This document shows positions 34,267 through 36,872 of a stretch of 36,872 nt of DNA, piece after piece. Positions within the stretch are counted from its first letter, which is position 1. Each line of letters starts with the position of its first letter. This stretch comes from Bacillota bacterium (lineage in GTDB: Bacteria > Bacillota > Bacilli > Alicyclobacillales > SLC66), in NCBI GenBank assembly GCA_021821025.1, contig JAKACY010000002.1, forward strand, positions 1-36,872, in the 5' to 3' direction. A model generated the notes under the pieces. The model had not been told where the DNA came from. It ran no database searches and was given only the letters and a program-made list of their open reading frames with translations. The translations under genes were made by a program, and so were the position numbers.

Positions 34267-35694
34267 ATGAAGATGGAAATTGCACGGGGACCCTTTGAAC
34301 CTACCTGGGAGTCTCTTAGACAGTTTGACTGCCCGGAATGGTTCCGCGACGCTAAACTTGGCATATGGTCTCATTGGGGGCCGCAATCGGTGCCGATGTA
34401 CGGGGATTGGTATGCGCGCAACATGTATATGGAAGGGTCAGATCAGTACCGGTACCACCTGCGCAAGTATGGTCACCCGTCGAAATTTGGCTATAAGGAT
34501 GTGGTCAAATTATGGCGGGCAGAACACTTTGATCCAGACGCCTTGATGGATTTGTATGTCGCTGCTGGCGCACGCTATTTTACGGCGCAAGCTGCCCATC
34601 ACGACAACTTCCATAACTGGAATAGCCGTCATCACCACTGGAACGCCTTTGAGATGGGGCCGAATAAGGACATCGTCGGCATGTGGCGCGATGCTGCGTT
34701 GAAACGAGGACTGCGATTTGGGATTACGGAGCATATTGGCGCGTCATTTTCGTGGAGTAAGCCGAATAAGGGCGCGGATGAGAGTGGTCCGTATGCGGGT
34801 ATTTCATATGATGGCGCCAATCCTGATTGGGTGGATCTTTATTTGCCGAATCAAAATGACACGAAAGATTGGTACACAGACGACCCCAGTTGGCATGAAA
34901 AGTGGTTTTTGTATATGAAAGATTTGATCGATCAATACCAGCCCGACTTGCTCTACTCAGACGGTGGCGTCCCGTTTGGCGATGTTGGACTCTCTGCCAT
35001 CGCTCATTTGTACAACACCAGCGCGCAGCAAAACAGCGGCGTGAATCAGGCGGTGTATAACCAGAAGGATCGAGACGAAAAGGTATATCAGGTCGGGGTA
35101 CTTGATATTGAGCGAAGTCAGCTCCCAGATATAAGGAAGGATGTATGGCAGACAGACACCTGCGTCGGGCACTGGTTTTACGATGTTCGGGCAGTCTATA
35201 AGACGCCCAAACAGGTCGCAGAAATCCTCGTCGATATCGTGAGTAAAAATGGCAATCTCCTATTGAACATTCCACAACGTCCAGACGGGACGCTCGATGA
35301 TGAATGCTTATGGGTCCTCGAAGGGATGGCCAAATGGATTCGGGTTAACGGGGAAGGGATCTACGGTACACGCCCATGGATGCAGGCAGGGGAAGGACCA
35401 TCACAGGTTGTCATCGACCACTTTAAGGAGAACACAGTGGATTGGACGATCGAAGATTTCCGATTTACCAGTAAGGGAAATGCAGTTTATGCCTTCCAAA
35501 TGAAGTGGCCGGAGGGCGGACGGACGGTCATTCGCAGTATGGCTGGTGGCAAAGTGGGGCGTGTGGCATCCGTGGAGTTGTTGGGTGTGAAAGAAGCGTT
35601 ACAGTTCGAACAGACCGAGCGTGGGTTGGTGATTGCATTGCCGGCTCAAAAATCATCCGATTATACGCAATGTTTAAAAGTGGTGTTCGAATAG
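34267..35694 (+). CDS. GH29 alpha-L-fucosidase (paralog 5, divergent subtype), no signal peptide
   Basis: ATG 34267 lies 8 nt after GAGGAG. Motifs: KLGIWSHWGPQ, QAAHHDNFHNWNS, DLLYSDGGV and NGNLLLNIPQRPDG. It is longer (475 aa) and clearly more divergent than paralogs 1-4. Confidence 0.85.
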   Translation: MKMEIARGPFEPTWESLRQFDCPEWFRDAKLGIWSHWGPQSVPMYGDWYARNMYMEGSDQYRYHLRKYGHPSKFGYKDVVKLWRAEHFDPDALMDLYVAAGARYFTAQAAHHDNFHNWNSRHHHWNAFEMGPNKDIVGMWRDAALKRGLRFGITEHIGASFSWSKPNKGADESGPYAGISYDGANPDWVDLYLPNQNDTKDWYTDDPSWHEKWFLYMKDLIDQYQPDLLYSDGGVPFGDVGLSAIAHLYNTSAQQNSGVNQAVYNQKDRDEKVYQVGVLDIERSQLPDIRKDVWQTDTCVGHWFYDVRAVYKTPKQVAEILVDIVSKNGNLLLNIPQRPDGTLDDECLWVLEGMAKWIRVNGEGIYGTRPWMQAGEGPSQVVIDHFKENTVDWTIEDFRFTSKGNAVYAFQMKWPEGGRTVIRSMAGGKVGRVASVELLGVKEALQFEQTERGLVIALPAQKSSDYTQCLKVVFE

Positions 35695-35762
35695 ACTTTG
35701 TCGGTTGCGCCAATATGGAAGATCGATCTGAATGAGTGCAGCCTCGAAAGGACGGCGTGACG

Positions 35763-36089
35763 ATGAAAAGATATGGGATGGTCATCAGATTGAGACCTGA
35801 AAAACGCGAAGAGTATATCGAGTTGCACCGTGCTGTTTGGCCCGGTGTGCTAGAGACGATACGCCAGTGCAAGATCACGAACTACTCCATTTTCCTAAAA
35901 GACGACCTTCTCTTTAGTTACTATGAGTACATCGGTGAGGATTACGAGGCTGACATGCGTAAAATGGCTGACGATCCGGTGACACAAAAATGGTGGACCC
36001 TATGCGATCCTTGTCAGCAACCTTTGGAAGCTTGTGCCGAGGGTGAGTGGTGGGCGCAGATGGCGGAGGTCTTTCATTTTGAATCGTGA
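35763..36089 (+). CDS. L-rhamnose mutarotase family protein (RhaM/YiiL, DUF718)
   Basis: 108 aa from ATG 35763. MKRYGMVIRLRPEKREEYIELHRAVWPGVLETIRQCKITNYSIFL...WW is the family pattern. Confidence 0.8.
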   Translation: MKRYGMVIRLRPEKREEYIELHRAVWPGVLETIRQCKITNYSIFLKDDLLFSYYEYIGEDYEADMRKMADDPVTQKWWTLCDPCQQPLEACAEGEWWAQMAEVFHFES

Positions 36090-36184
36090 GTATTGCCGAC
36101 CCGATCCCCAATGTGGGCGCAGGTGTTGCGGTCCTGGAACATTGAGTTTGTTGAGCCGCCGACATGGTGGATTGGATTTCGACG

Positions 36185-36221
36185 GCGATATCAGCCTTTA
36201 AGACGAAAAGGCTGATATCGC
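36185..36221. terminator. Perfect 15-bp hairpin between convergent genes (candidate bidirectional terminator)
   Basis: GCGATATCAGCCTTT / AAAGGCTGATATCGC with the 7-nt loop aagacga. U-tracts are weak on both strands. Confidence 0.5.
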
Positions 36222-36288
36222 ATCCAAACGACGCCCAACGTCTCTTTCACTTAGGCGTGGGGCTACTTTACTTCTAAAAGAAGGCACG

Positions 36289-36872
36289 TTAAGGGTGAAC
36301 CGCCAGGGCCTGTGAAACTTCACGGTTGTACTGATCTCTGAGTACGCTTAGCGCTGTAAGCGAATAACCGTATGTAGTCAGCTTTGCGCGCAGGGCGAAT
36401 AAAATACTATTCACTTGGTCTTGCGCATTATTTTCTAACGATGCGATTTGCGGGTAATATTGCCGTTCGATCGCAGCCTTTGATCCTTTTCCTGCATGAT
36501 ACGCCGCGCGTGCCTGGTTGTAGATGGCGGTTGCGGCTCCGACATACTGCGCCTGCAAGGCATTAAGTTGTGACGAATAGATGCTCACGATCTGCGATTC
36601 TGAAGGTTTAGTTGTAGTCGTTTTGGTGGTTGAGGACGAGCCTGAACTCCCGCGATTTGGTGTTGATCTGTTTGTTGTCAAACCGCTTTGCGCCAAACCT
36701 GTCCCAGCCGACTCTGCAGGAAGGTGATGCGATTTTGTGCTGCTGCGACTGATCGGAGTGGTCTGCGATACTCTGGATGTGCCGTTTGCTGTCGAAACGT
36801 TGGCTGTTCTCGGTGGCTTGGCGCCTGCTTCATTCTGGTTTGGTCCGTTGTGGACCGCAGTAGTCCCGTTCT
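36289..36872 (-). CDS. Hypothetical protein, 5'-partial (open to the window edge): S/T/N-rich low-complexity region plus a helical C-terminal domain
   Basis: The minus-strand frame stays open from 36872 down to the stop at 36289. The upstream part is low complexity (NGTSRVSQTTPISRSSTKS...SSGSSSTTKTTTTKPS). The C-terminal 90 or so aa are Ala/Gln-rich and helical. No family was recognised. Confidence 0.5.
   Translation of the reverse strand, partial: NGTTAVHNGPNQNEAGAKPPRTANVSTANGTSRVSQTTPISRSSTKSHHLPAESAGTGLAQSGLTTNRSTPNRGSSGSSSTTKTTTTKPSESQIVSIYSSQLNALQAQYVGAATAIYNQARAAYHAGKGSKAAIERQYYPQIASLENNAQDQVNSILFALRAKLTTYGYSLTALSVLRDQYNREVSQALAVHP

Noticed and set aside
1-36872. CRISPR arrays, tRNA/rRNA genes, an integrase or a complete IS element
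   Set aside because: By eye I found no regularly spaced direct repeats, no cloverleaf-like or rRNA-like segments, and no recombinase or transposase ORF other than the tnpB fossil. A tRNAscan/Infernal/CRISPR-finder run would be needed for certainty.

Overview
This window looks like a Gram-positive accessory carbohydrate-utilisation island. By eye it resembles Firmicutes, possibly Alicyclobacillaceae, but that taxonomic guess is low confidence. All family assignments come from reading the supplied translations and recalling family motifs; no searches were run.

Order of content:
- A hexuronate/oxidoreductase block: uxaC, an orphan family-5 solute-binding protein, an alpha/beta hydrolase, a Gfo/Idh/MocA oxidoreductase and a LacI regulator.
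- A decayed IS605-family tnpB fossil.
- A GntR(FCD) regulator followed by an LplABC-type oligosaccharide ABC importer with no ATPase gene.
- Two plus-strand operons. Together they encode an oxidative (non-phosphorylative) L-fucose/L-galactose route: COG3618 lactonase, aldo-keto reductase, FucU mutarotase and an MR-subgroup enolase-superfamily dehydratase. They also carry four signal-peptide-less GH29 alpha-L-fucosidase paralogs, with a cytoplasmic Cys-type (CxPxR) sulfatase lying convergently between them.
- A second LacI regulator with a xylose-isomerase-like TIM-barrel gene.
- An AraC regulator divergent from an operon holding an LgoD-like Zn-dehydrogenase, an uncharacterised GHL6-type putative glycoside hydrolase, a membrane-anchored His-motif protein of unknown function, a fifth GH29 and an RhaM-family mutarotase.

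Most interesting signals:
1. A conserved promoter-operator cassette occurs three times (core ATCATGTATGAT, extended once to a 19-bp perfect palindrome). It links the importer and both catabolic operons into one predicted regulon, most simply under the local GntR.
2. An identical 14-bp palindrome, TAACAACGTTGTTA, sits just downstream of the -10 box at two promoters flanking LacI #1.
3. Five intracellular GH29s plus an intracellular sulfatase suggest import and cytoplasmic breakdown of sulfated fucose- or L-galactose-containing oligosaccharides.
4. Gene fossils are unusually dense (about ten), and several are paralogs of intact neighbours, which points to birth-and-death turnover of small modules.

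No rRNA, tRNA or CRISPR array was noticed, and no complete mobile element.
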